In this document: in pieces, positions 1 through 8,655 of the stretch
How the letters are laid out: each line of letters opens with the position of its first letter
Position numbering within the stretch: the first letter of the stretch is position 1
Origin: Candidatus Poseidoniales archaeon
GTDB taxonomy: Archaea > Thermoplasmatota > Poseidoniia > Poseidoniales > Poseidoniaceae
Direction of reading: 5' to 3'
Assembly (NCBI GenBank): GCA_038110525.1
Contig: JAYNJV010000001.1
Span: 126,130-190,129 of the forward strand
Length of the DNA: 64,000 nucleotides
The notes under the pieces: model-generated
Told to the model about the DNA's origin: nothing
The model's database searches: none
Seen by the model: only the letters and a program-made list of their open reading frames with translations
Position numbers and translations under genes: made by a program

Positions 1-327
1 GCTTCGAAGCGCATCTGTCTCGCCTTCAGAAATAAAAGAAAGGTTTTCGTCCTGAAGTGAAGAATACATAACATTCAACTTTGAATTTTCGAAGTATATT
101 TCAAATTCTGAAGAGTCCAAATTGGTTTGAATCTCAATACTTAATTCCATGAGCTCACGCTCTTCAGCTTCAGACTCGAGCAAGACTGGAAATAGAATAA
201 AAAGTACAGGAAAAAGAAGTAAAGGTATCACAAGGATAGCGAGTATAGTTCTCCAATCCCGTGCAAATTCGATTAATTCCTTCTTCGCAATCGTTCGAAT
301 GCGTTGACCAGATTTACTCACTTTCAT
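1..327 (-). CDS. ABC transporter permease (NatB/ABC-2 type), 5' part only, runs off the window edge
   Basis: Not in the ORF track; hand translation from ATG at 327 gives MKVSKSGQRIRTIAKKELIEFARDWRTILAILVIPLLLFPVLFILFP..., the typical ABC-2 permease N-terminus, open to position 1. GGAG precedes the ATG and the start overlaps the stop of the upstream ABC ATPase. Confidence 0.85.
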   Translation of the reverse strand, partial: MKVSKSGQRIRTIAKKELIEFARDWRTILAILVIPLLLFPVLFILFPVLLESEAEERELMELSIEIQTNLDSSEFEIYFENSKLNVMYSSLQDENLSFISEGETDALRS

Positions 328-1156
328 CAACTCCTTTCACCGTAGGGGGAAGTTTCCCAGTGAAGAGTTGCCTCCACCATGAAGAAATTTTAGTAGATTT
401 TTCTTCTGCCTCAAATCTTGGTCGTGCATCATCTTTTGTCAAATGCACATAAGCACCCTCAAGTGTGGTTTGTTGAGTCGCTTCCAAAATTTCCTGAACT
501 GTGCCGTTCCCTCGGATATCTCCATTATGGATGATGACAATTCGGGTACATATTTGCTCCGCTTCAGCAAGTTGATGCGTTGAATAAACAACTGTTCCTC
601 CTTCATCCTTTAATTTTAGAATTAATTTTTTCAATGTTCTTGCACTTGTAATATCCAAACCAGCAGTTGGTTCATCGAGGAGCAGCAAATGAGGAGAATG
701 TGCAAGTGCACGAAGTAATGCGGTTTTTTGCCTCATTCCTCGAGAGAAACCCTTGGTGTGTCTTGCGAGTGCATCGGTCATCCCAAGTGGTGATGCAAGT
801 TGAGAAGTCCTCCGCCATGCAAATTCGTCTGAAACGCCATACAATCGACTGTGGTATCGAATATTTTCCCATGCGGTGAGACGAGAATAAAGCCCAGTTG
901 ATTCAGGAACGACGCCAATTCTTTGTCTTGCTTTTTCAATTGATTCACCATTTTCAAACCGAATTTCGCCTTCTGATGGTAAATACACTCCGGATAACAG
1001 CCGCAACAATGTGGTTTTTCCTGCACCGTTTGAACCGACAAGACCTATAATCTCACCTTTTTGAATATCCAAATCTATTGAATTCAAAACCCTCAAATCA
1101 CCGAATTGTTTTGATACATTTCGGGCGGTTAGTAATATTTCAACCATTGAGTTCAA
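314..1156 (-). CDS. ABC transporter ATP-binding protein (NatA/CcmA-like)
   Basis: Walker A GSNGAGKTT, signature FSRGMRQK, Walker B LLLLDEPT, H-loop STH. Confidence 0.95.
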   Translation of the reverse strand: MNSMVEILLTARNVSKQFGDLRVLNSIDLDIQKGEIIGLVGSNGAGKTTLLRLLSGVYLPSEGEIRFENGESIEKARQRIGVVPESTGLYSRLTAWENIRYHSRLYGVSDEFAWRRTSQLASPLGMTDALARHTKGFSRGMRQKTALLRALAHSPHLLLLDEPTAGLDITSARTLKKLILKLKDEGGTVVYSTHQLAEAEQICTRIVIIHNGDIRGNGTVQEILEATQQTTLEGAYVHLTKDDARPRFEAEEKSTKISSWWRQLFTGKLPPTVKGVDESE

Positions 1157-1497
1157 CTCGCCCTTCCTTGCTCAATAGCAAGGTTGAGGCCAGGGTGTTT
1201 ACTTTCCAATCTCATAGCACGTTCCAATTGTGATTGAAGATTTTGATGAATTTCAGATTGGTGAACACCGACCTCGACTAAATTTGCAATCATTTCAATT
1301 GCTCCTTGAATAGCTCCAGCATCGAGATATGCTTCATTTGAAATTATACGCTTGATTCTCAACTCATCAAGTCGTTGAGCGATGAAATCAGCTTCCTGTT
1401 TCAACCTTGGTCCATCAATGTGAGGTAAGGCAAGCAAGTGGTCTATGCATGTTCTCATATGAACACTCAAACAATTTTCCAATATATTAGTTGGCAT
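1153..1497 (-). CDS. Hypothetical helical protein (114 aa)
   Basis: Fills the gap exactly between mce and the ABC ATPase (abuts mce, 4-nt overlap with the ATPase start); no motif recognised. Confidence 0.7.
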   Translation of the reverse strand: MPTNILENCLSVHMRTCIDHLLALPHIDGPRLKQEADFIAQRLDELRIKRIISNEAYLDAGAIQGAIEMIANLVEVGVHQSEIHQNLQSQLERAMRLESKHPGLNLAIEQGRAS

Positions 1498-1938
1498 TTA
1501 ATTTAATGATTCATGTTGAGATAATTCCACCAAAACACCACCAGTTGAGGAGGGATGGACAAATGCAATTTTACAACCACTTGCACCCCTTTTTGGTGTT
1601 TCATCAATCATTCGGATCCCATTGGCCATGAGGTACTCAATCATCGCAATGATATCATCGACTCGAAAACAAATTTGCTGTACGCCGGGACCACGTTTTT
1701 CGAGAAATCGACCGATTGGAGAATCTGGGGATTGTGGTTCTAAAAGTTCAATTCGTGGTGCAATTGGATTACCGGCGTTTCCATCTGTTGAAAAAAAACG
1801 TATATTCACCCCTTGTTCATCATTGGCCTCATCTTGCTCACTTTGAATCAAACCAATGAGATTCCAAAAATGACCACCCTCATCCAATGAATGTGCCGCA
1901 ATACCAATATGGTCAAGATAGATGTTGCCAATTTTCAT
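1498..1938 (-). CDS. mce: Methylmalonyl-CoA epimerase (VOC/glyoxalase fold)
   Basis: DHIGIA, IELLEP, FLEKRGPGVQQICFRVDDI, IAFVHPSSTGGVLVEL motifs; directly downstream of the mutase. Confidence 0.93.
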   Translation of the reverse strand: MKIGNIYLDHIGIAAHSLDEGGHFWNLIGLIQSEQDEANDEQGVNIRFFSTDGNAGNPIAPRIELLEPQSPDSPIGRFLEKRGPGVQQICFRVDDIIAMIEYLMANGIRMIDETPKRGASGCKIAFVHPSSTGGVLVELSQHESLN

Positions 1939-1947
1939 AAAATCACC

Positions 1948-3570
1948 TTAAAACCCCGACGGAGACATATATTCTCCAAACTCTCTTTTCATTGAATCCA
2001 TAATCTCACCGAGTGTTGCTCTTAATCTTACAGCATTGATGACAAGGGGAAAGAGATTTTCACCAGAGCGTGATGCCATTTGAATTTCATTCAACATCTT
2101 GTCGACCTCTTTTTGATTTCTCGTCGCACGTAATTCTTTCAATTTTCTTTCTTGTTCATGTTGAAGGTTGGCATCAATTTTCGTTGTAGGTATCGTTTGG
2201 TCCTCATTCATTTCTCCATAATTTACGCCAACGATTCTTCTGGAATTTTGCTCGATTTCTCGTAAGTATTTGTAAGCCGACAAATGAATTTCTTTTTGTT
2301 GCCAACCAGATTCAATCGCCCTTAGTGCCCCACCCATCTCCAAAATTTCATGAATAACATCTTTTGATTTATTGTACATTTCCTGAGTCAAAAATTCAAC
2401 ATGATACGAACCACCAAGTGGGTCGACAACGTCAGCGACACCGGACTCTTCAGCAATAATTTGTTGTGTTCGCAAGGCTACGGTTGCAGATGACTCTGTC
2501 GGCAAACCGAGTGCTTCATCGTAAGAATTGGTATGAAGCGATTGTGTTCCTCCAAGAACTGAAGCAAGTGCTTGAATGGTAACCCGTGAAATATTATTCA
2601 ATGGCTGCTGTGCAGTAAGACTCACACCTGCCACCTGTGTATGGAAACGTAGCATCGATGAACGAGGGTTTTTAGGAGAATATCGATCTTGTACAATGTC
2701 GTGCCATAAGGTTCTTGCAGCTCTAAACTTTGCAATTTCTTCAAAGAAATCATTGTGACAATTGAAGAAAAATGAAACTCTAGGTGCAACTTCATCAATG
2801 TTCAAACCTACGCCTATGGCTGCATCGAGATACTCAATTGCATTTGCTAATGTAAATGCCAATTCTTGAACGGCCGTCGAACCTGCTTCCCGAATATGGT
2901 ATCCTGAAATCGAAATGGTATTCCACAGAGGTACATGTTGTTTACAATATTGAAACACATCTGTAATCAACCTCATACTGGGTTTTGGTGGAAATACATG
3001 AGTGCCGCGAGCAATATATTCTTTGAGGATATCATTCTGGATAGTACCTTGTAATTGATTGGACTCAATACCCTGTTCCTCAGCTGCAACAATGTACATT
3101 GCCAACAGTATCATGGCAGGTGAATTAATGGTCATCGATGTACTCACTTCATCCATCGGAATTCCATCAAAAAGCTGCTTCATATCCTCTACTGAGGAAA
3201 TTGAAACACCTACTTTGCCTACCTCACCAAATGCAAGCTCATGATCAGCATCAATTCCGAGTTGCGTAGGTAAATCAAATGCTACAGACAGACCTTTTTG
3301 GCCTTGTTCAAGCAGGTACTTAAATCTCGAATTGGTCTCTGAAGCACTTGAAAATCCAGCGTACTGTCTCATGGTCCAAAGTCGACTTCGATACATGGTC
3401 TCATGAATCCCTCTTGTGTATGGTGGGGTACCAGCTTCCCCTTGAATATTGAGTAGTCCTTCAACATCTTTTGAAGTCACAATATTGTGGGGTAAATCTA
3501 CACCACTCAGTGTCTTCCACTCTTCTTTTCTCATCGGCTTCATATGAGGGAAGGTGAGGTTGTTCATCAA
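1948..3570 (-). CDS. mcmA: Methylmalonyl-CoA mutase, large (substrate-binding) subunit; no B12-binding domain
   Basis: PPYTRG, WTMRQYAGF, GLSVAFDLPTQ, QNDILKEY, ISISGYHIREAG, HTNSYDEAL, DPLGGSY motifs; ends without the DxHxxG cobalamin domain. Confidence 0.95.
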   Translation of the reverse strand: MMNNLTFPHMKPMRKEEWKTLSGVDLPHNIVTSKDVEGLLNIQGEAGTPPYTRGIHETMYRSRLWTMRQYAGFSSASETNSRFKYLLEQGQKGLSVAFDLPTQLGIDADHELAFGEVGKVGVSISSVEDMKQLFDGIPMDEVSTSMTINSPAMILLAMYIVAAEEQGIESNQLQGTIQNDILKEYIARGTHVFPPKPSMRLITDVFQYCKQHVPLWNTISISGYHIREAGSTAVQELAFTLANAIEYLDAAIGVGLNIDEVAPRVSFFFNCHNDFFEEIAKFRAARTLWHDIVQDRYSPKNPRSSMLRFHTQVAGVSLTAQQPLNNISRVTIQALASVLGGTQSLHTNSYDEALGLPTESSATVALRTQQIIAEESGVADVVDPLGGSYHVEFLTQEMYNKSKDVIHEILEMGGALRAIESGWQQKEIHLSAYKYLREIEQNSRRIVGVNYGEMNEDQTIPTTKIDANLQHEQERKLKELRATRNQKEVDKMLNEIQMASRSGENLFPLVINAVRLRATLGEIMDSMKREFGEYMSPSGF

Positions 3571-3584
3571 ATTACGGTAGGGAA

Positions 3585-4082
3585 TCAGTGATGATGATGT
3601 CCGCCGGGTCCATGTGCGTGGCCGTGTGCTTTTTCTTCCTCGGTTGCAGCACGAACTTCAACGACCTCAACTGAAAAGTGGAGTGATTTACCTGCAAGCT
3701 CATGATTAAAGTCTGCAGTAACCATTTCTTCACCAATTTCAGTGATAATAAATGGTGCAGGACCTTGAGGCATTTGAGCAACAAGTTGAATGCCTACTTC
3801 CAATACACCTTCTTTCTCCAATTCATCAAAATTTGACTTTTCAATTTGCAATAAGGCGTTTTCATCACGCTCTCCGTATGCTCTTTCTGGTTCGAGGGTA
3901 AATTCACGGCGCTCTCCTACTTCTGCTCCGAGCATTTCTTCTTCAAATCCAGGAATCATTTGACCATGACCAACCAAAAATGTCAATGGGTCACGACCTT
4001 CACTTGAATCAAAGACTTCGCCTGAATCTGGATGTGTTCCTGTGTAATGTACTGATGCTACTGTATCTTGTTCTATTTTCAT
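3585..4082 (-). CDS. slyD: FKBP-type peptidyl-prolyl isomerase, SlyD type, with His-rich tail
   Basis: VHYTG, PLTFLVGHGQMIPGFEE, PERAYG, DFNHELAGKSLHF; C-terminus AHGHAHGPGGHHHH. Confidence 0.93.
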   Translation of the reverse strand: MKIEQDTVASVHYTGTHPDSGEVFDSSEGRDPLTFLVGHGQMIPGFEEEMLGAEVGERREFTLEPERAYGERDENALLQIEKSNFDELEKEGVLEVGIQLVAQMPQGPAPFIITEIGEEMVTADFNHELAGKSLHFSVEVVEVRAATEEEKAHGHAHGPGGHHHH

Positions 4083-4084
4083 AT

Positions 4085-4990
4085 TTATCTCCTCGTCGTC
4101 ATTTCTTTGACCAATGTTTTCATTTGTTGACCAATGTCTTGACTCAAAATACCTTCATTGATTTTTTCATCAATAAACGCAATGGCTATGTCAATTCCCA
4201 TTCGCTCACCTTTTGCCCATACTTGTCCCAATATATTTGACCGGTGAATTTCTGCAACACTTGGGTTATCTAAAATATCTCTCGCAGCGAATCGATATTC
4301 GATGCTTCGTTTCGAGTCGAGTTTCTTTTCTTTTTTCTGTGAACCACCGCCTCGTTGCTCATTCCTGCGCTTTGATCGTCGTTTGTCGGTTGTTTCTACA
4401 ACCTTTGTTTCAATCTTCTTGAACACATCTTTTCGAGAAGTCTTTCTTCTTTTCTTCCCGTCTTCAAATTCATCATCGAAATCTCCATCTTCATCAAGAG
4501 AAAGTCCTTCTTCAGTTGATACATCCTTCTCAACAGGGCCTTTTAATTTCTCAAGGTTCGACTCAACTCGAACAACTTCGGTTTTTGACACTTCAGTGAT
4601 GACTTGGACTTCTTTCTTTAAGGATTTAGATTGTTCAGATAATATCGCCCTTCGTTCTTCGGTTGTGAGAATTTTCGGTCGTCTTGAATCCTCTTCTTTC
4701 TCAATATGCTTGGGAATTTGTTGCGTTTTAGGAACAACAGTTGCTGGTTGTTCTACAAATTTGGTTTGAGTGACATCGCCCTGTTCTTGTAGTTGTTGTT
4801 TGGATTCTGCCTGACGTTGTTGAAGAGTTTTTTGAGTTGGCTCAACTGGAGATTGAGGAAGCCTTTGTTCAGGCCTTTTTTGTTGCGGAGGTCGCGATTC
4901 TTGCCGTCGCTTGCGTTCCTGTGCAGCATTGGGAGCGAACGGATTGAACGGCTCACTTTTCTTCCGATTCGAAATTAGGCACTCCCCCAA
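4085..4990 (-). CDS. Hypothetical protein with long charged low-complexity N-terminus and a compact C-terminal domain
   Basis: 301-aa ORF filling the kae1-slyD gap on the same strand; Q/E/K/R-rich; start codon uncertain. Confidence 0.75.
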   Translation of the reverse strand: MGECLISNRKKSEPFNPFAPNAAQERKRRQESRPPQQKRPEQRLPQSPVEPTQKTLQQRQAESKQQLQEQGDVTQTKFVEQPATVVPKTQQIPKHIEKEEDSRRPKILTTEERRAILSEQSKSLKKEVQVITEVSKTEVVRVESNLEKLKGPVEKDVSTEEGLSLDEDGDFDDEFEDGKKRRKTSRKDVFKKIETKVVETTDKRRSKRRNEQRGGGSQKKEKKLDSKRSIEYRFAARDILDNPSVAEIHRSNILGQVWAKGERMGIDIAIAFIDEKINEGILSQDIGQQMKTLVKEMTTRR

Positions 4991-5034
4991 TCAAAACCGT
5001 ATGCTGACCGTTTAAAATGTGTATGGCTTTCACT

Positions 5035-6042
5035 CTATGTCCAAACAATAGGTGTTTGGTCAGTTCGAAGGTATTGGTCAATTGCACTTTGGTGCAATTT
5101 TGTGGTTCTCTTTTCGAGTTCCAGCCAACCAAGGCGAGCAATCATGGTTCCATTGTCAATGCAATACATCTTGGGTGGAACAAATGATTTGCCTCCCCTT
5201 TCTTCTGCCATCAAATTTGACATTGTTCGCATTCTCTCATTGCAAGCAACTCCTCCTCCGAGCAACACTTCCGACTTCCCTGTGTGTGCGAGTGCTCGTT
5301 CTGCAACTTCTATGCAAGCTGCGAAGGCATGTTCTTGGAGTGACCAACATACAGCATCAAGTGGTTGGCCATTTTCGACGAGTCGCTGGGCTGCAGTCAT
5401 GAGACCAGAAAATGCAAGATCCATACCACGTACTGCATACGGCAATTCAAGTCCTTCCAATGTAGGTTCAGGTACACGTTCGAGATATTGCAATGCCAAT
5501 TTTTCAATGACTGGGCCGCCGGGGAATGGAATCCCATTCGATCTTGCAAACTTATCAAGCATATTGCCAATGCCGATGTCAAGAGTTTCGCCAAGAACTC
5601 TGTATCTACCGTTTAATCTTGCAATGACTTGAGTATTTCCTCCAGAAACGTAGAGCAAAACTGGGTCATCACAACCACATTGCTGTCGACCAATTTCAAT
5701 GTGAGCTACACAATGATTGACTCCGATAAGAGGGACATTGAGTGCTGTTGAAAGACTCCTCGCAACTGCGGCACCAACGCGTAGACACGGCCCCAAACCT
5801 GGTCCTTGTGAGTATGAAATTGCAGATATGTCGTCAATTCTCAAATTTTGACTTTCCAAGGCGCCGCGGAAGAGCTGTGCAGCCAAATCCTTGTGGTGGT
5901 CAGCGGCTTCTCGAGGGTGGATGCCCCCCTTTTCTGGTTTTATGGTATCAGAGGTTGAGGGATATGGAATTCCTTCTGGGTCCACCAAACCAAATGAAAA
6001 GGTGTGCGCAGTGGTTTCAATGCCAACAGTCCATCCGTTCAT
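5035..6042 (-). CDS. kae1: tRNA N6-threonylcarbamoyltransferase Kae1 (KEOPS), not fused to Bud32
   Basis: GIETTAH, GGIHPREAADHH, SQGPGLGPCL, VNHCVAHIE, VSGGNTQ, ETLDIGIGNMLDKFAR, GGGVACN, DNGTMIA. Confidence 0.97.
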   Translation of the reverse strand: MNGWTVGIETTAHTFSFGLVDPEGIPYPSTSDTIKPEKGGIHPREAADHHKDLAAQLFRGALESQNLRIDDISAISYSQGPGLGPCLRVGAAVARSLSTALNVPLIGVNHCVAHIEIGRQQCGCDDPVLLYVSGGNTQVIARLNGRYRVLGETLDIGIGNMLDKFARSNGIPFPGGPVIEKLALQYLERVPEPTLEGLELPYAVRGMDLAFSGLMTAAQRLVENGQPLDAVCWSLQEHAFAACIEVAERALAHTGKSEVLLGGGVACNERMRTMSNLMAEERGGKSFVPPKMYCIDNGTMIARLGWLELEKRTTKLHQSAIDQYLRTDQTPIVWT

Positions 6043-6066
6043 GCATAGTCGTGAAACCCATCATTC

Positions 6067-7338
6067 TTGAACTCTCATGTCTTGGAGCCAATGATGAGGC
6101 AGGTGTTTTTGAATTGTGGGTCCATCGCTCACATGCAAAATTCATTGGATGAATATATGCCTTCTCCTGAAAGTAATGTTTATTCTGCTGGAAAGGCAAT
6201 TGTTGTAAATTCATCAATTGTTGAAACAATCAAAGATTCCACAGAAGTTGAAGAAGAATTCTCAGGTTCGAATGAGGTGCAATTGATCGACGTTCAAGGG
6301 CGAAGCATTATTCCTGGTCTCATCGATACGCACACCCATTTATTGTGGGCTGGTGACCGAACTCAAGAAATTCGCTATCGTCTTGAAGGCAAAACATACG
6401 CTGAAATCGAACAAATGGGCGGGGGAATTGCCCTCACAACATCGTTGACTCGCTCAGCATCCCGTGAAGAGTTGATTGAATCTGGATATGTTCGTTTAAG
6501 AACAGCATTGTCACATGGTACAACTCACATCGAAGCTAAAAGTGGATATGGATTAAATGCTGAAACTGAATTAAAACTTTTAGATTGTGGAAATGTATTG
6601 TCAAAATCAAAACATTTACCTTCTATTGAGCAAACATGGTTGGGTGCTCACTCCTTTCCAAATGAATCCACAAAGGAAGAGTACATGGACGACTTATTGA
6701 GCAATCAACTGCCAAAAATCGTCGACCAAGGATTTGCAAAATCTGCTGATGTGTTTTGTGAACCTGGGTGGTTTTCAGTTGAACAATCAGAAGATATTTT
6801 GAGGCAATCTCGCAAATTAGGCCTTGAATTGAGAATGCATATTGATGAATTTGAAGATGGTGGAGGTGCCGATTTAGCTTCTGAACTTCATGTTAATACT
6901 GCAGACCATGCCTACTTTACTCCACATGAGTCGAGATTACGAATGAAAGATTCAGGTGTTAATACGGGTTGTTTACCGGGGGCCCCTTTTGTTCTCGGCC
7001 AACAAATGCATGATTATTCAAGGCTCATAAAAGAAGAAATCCCATTCACACTAGCAACTGACTTCAATCCCAACTGCCAGTTTTTATCTTTGCCACTCAT
7101 TGGTTCATTTGCAGTTCAACGTTCTGGTTTACATCCTTTGAAGGCTCTGAAATGTATGACCTCTCAGGCTGCACAGATATCAAACTTAGACTCTCAACAT
7201 TCACAGGGTACAATTCAAGAAGGTCGCATTGCGACATTCAATATTCTCAACTCTCCACATTGGGAAAGTTGGTGTCAAACTCCTGGCCATTCACCGATTC
7301 ATTCAACACAACTTGAAGGAAAGTACATTGTCCATTGA
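6067..7338 (+). CDS. hutI: Imidazolonepropionase
   Basis: PGLIDTHTH metal motif, EAKSGYGL, WLGAH, DVFCE, HIDE, TADH, ATDFNP. Confidence 0.95.
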   Translation: MNSHVLEPMMRQVFLNCGSIAHMQNSLDEYMPSPESNVYSAGKAIVVNSSIVETIKDSTEVEEEFSGSNEVQLIDVQGRSIIPGLIDTHTHLLWAGDRTQEIRYRLEGKTYAEIEQMGGGIALTTSLTRSASREELIESGYVRLRTALSHGTTHIEAKSGYGLNAETELKLLDCGNVLSKSKHLPSIEQTWLGAHSFPNESTKEEYMDDLLSNQLPKIVDQGFAKSADVFCEPGWFSVEQSEDILRQSRKLGLELRMHIDEFEDGGGADLASELHVNTADHAYFTPHESRLRMKDSGVNTGCLPGAPFVLGQQMHDYSRLIKEEIPFTLATDFNPNCQFLSLPLIGSFAVQRSGLHPLKALKCMTSQAAQISNLDSQHSQGTIQEGRIATFNILNSPHWESWCQTPGHSPIHSTQLEGKYIVH

Positions 7339-7389
7339 TTAAGTAGTAATTGACTTTTGAACCAAATTAAATATAAATTCAGTGATAAT

Positions 7390-7725
7390 ATGTATTGGGT
7401 AGAAACTGTAGTTTGTTCTGGACAAGTTGGTAAAGATGCAAGACTCATGCGAATGCTTGAACTTCGTCAAGAATTCAAGCGTCGCCAAGAAGGTTGTATT
7501 ACTGCTTGGATTGCTCGGAATCCAGATCAGAAGGAATTGTTCCTTGTACATTCAGTATTTGTTTCTCAAGAAGCGTGGAGAGAGATTTCACAAAAAGCCT
7601 TGGATCAACTTGATGCAAAGGACGGGGGAATTGAGTCATTATTAGCTGGGCCACCACTTGTTGGGGTGTTTGAGGCTAAACCAGAACATTTCGTCAATAA
7701 TACCAATGATGGTAACGTCGCATAA
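7390..7725 (+). CDS. Hypothetical protein, possibly ABM/dimeric alpha-beta barrel fold
   Basis: ATG at 7390 after GTGA; beta-alpha-beta pattern (GCITAWIARN...LFLVHSVFVSQEAW) resembling ABM-family proteins; fold call tentative. Confidence 0.65.
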   Translation: MYWVETVVCSGQVGKDARLMRMLELRQEFKRRQEGCITAWIARNPDQKELFLVHSVFVSQEAWREISQKALDQLDAKDGGIESLLAGPPLVGVFEAKPEHFVNNTNDGNVA

Positions 7726-7949
7726 TGTATGTTATGCGACAATGTTTGGGTATCAACATTGAACAATAAGTTCGAAAATAACTCAATTGGTTCGACGTCC
7801 ACGTATTTTTGCAAACTGTCTAACAGTATATTCTGAAAAAATCATATTTTTTTGCCTTGAGGGTAGCCTAAGGGGTTGGAAATTGGCAAAAACTGATAAT
7901 TATTCCGAAGTCTTGAAAAAACATGAATCGAAGGCCAACATGATAAGCG

Positions 7950-8102
7950 ATGAGTGGAGTGGAAGGATTCTGCCTTAAGTGCAAAACCTACGGGCCAATT
8001 CGAGATGGGCAACTCGTACAAATGAATAATGGCCGTACAAGGATGGCGGGATTTTGTTCTCAAAGCGGCTGCAATGGAAAGATTTCCAAAATCGTGAAAT
8101 AA
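7950..8102 (+). CDS. 50-aa Cys4 zinc-finger microprotein, DUF5679-like
   Basis: Hand translation: MSGVEGFCLKCKTYGPIRDGQLVQMNNGRTRMAGFCSQSGCNGKISKIVK*; CxxC, MxNGR, G-x-C pattern matches the DUF5679 consensus as I recall it; below the 60-aa cutoff of the ORF track. Confidence 0.8.
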   Translation: MSGVEGFCLKCKTYGPIRDGQLVQMNNGRTRMAGFCSQSGCNGKISKIVK

Positions 8103-8127
8103 TTTTTACGAAATTTTACCGAATCGG

Positions 8128-8135
8128 TTTAATAC
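8128..8135 (+). promoter_or_regulatory. Probable archaeal TATA box for the tRNA-Val gene
   Basis: TTTAATAC ending about 27 nt upstream of the mature tRNA 5' end. Confidence 0.5.
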
Positions 8136-8161
8136 ACTCTGTTGGTGGCTTTACTTGCGTC

Positions 8162-8237
8162 GGGCTCGTGGTCTAGGGGTTATGACGTCGCCTTGACATG
8201 GCGAAGATCGAGAGTTCAATTCTCTCCGAGCCCACCA
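8162..8237 (+). tRNA. tRNA-Val(GAC), intronless, CCA encoded
   Basis: GGGCTCG/CGAGCCC acceptor stem, D-arm GTGGTCTAGGGGTTATGAC, anticodon arm TCGCC-TTGACAT-GGCGA, T-arm GAGAG-TTCAATT-CTCTC, discriminator A plus CCA. Confidence 0.97.
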
Positions 8238-8274
8238 ATGAATATGGAGTATTCATTTTCTGAAAGGTATTTAT

Positions 8275-8655
8275 TTAATTTTCAGAAATGATTTCATCTT
8301 CGGGTAGTGTTATGTTTTCATGTTTCAATTGAAGTGGAACATCTTCGTCCTCGAAGCTGAAATCTGAATTGCCCCCTTCCCAGTCAACCACATCTTCCGA
8401 CTCCACGAATTTTTCATTTGGCATCGATTGATCAGGTCGGATAGAATAATTCGCCGGGTCGATAATTGGAGTCGAATACTGCTCTATCTCTTCAGGCGTT
8501 GGTGCTTTTCTTTCTTCGAGGATTTTACCAGAATGGAACGTTCCACATTCAGGACATCTTGAGGTCCCAGAAAATTCTAAGCAACCACAAACTGGACATT
8601 GCACTACATTTTTGAATGAGGAAATGCGGTCGGATTCTTCATTCAATGTGATCAC
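8275..8655 (-). CDS. Zinc-ribbon protein with acidic C-terminal tail
   Basis: CPVCG...CPECG double-CxxC motif; GTG start overlaps the TGA stop of the upstream EF-hand gene (GTGA). Confidence 0.85.
   Translation of the reverse strand: MITLNEESDRISSFKNVVQCPVCGCLEFSGTSRCPECGTFHSGKILEERKAPTPEEIEQYSTPIIDPANYSIRPDQSMPNEKFVESEDVVDWEGGNSDFSFEDEDVPLQLKHENITLPEDEIISEN

Noticed and set aside
4960-4990. Non-canonical ATT start 6 nt after a GGGGAG motif for the charged hypothetical protein
   Set aside because: Cannot be distinguished from the TTG start at 4990 without homologue alignment or proteomics.
7726-7949. Possible ncRNA or small ORFs (7605..7814 minus, 7787..7978 plus, 7842..8063 minus) in the AT-rich gap
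   Set aside because: No convincing stems, motifs or start context; more likely promoter sequence for the microprotein and tRNA.
8162-8237. tRNA-Val as attachment site of an integrated element
   Set aside because: No integrase, transposase or viral gene nearby, and I saw no duplicate of the tRNA 3' end elsewhere in the window.
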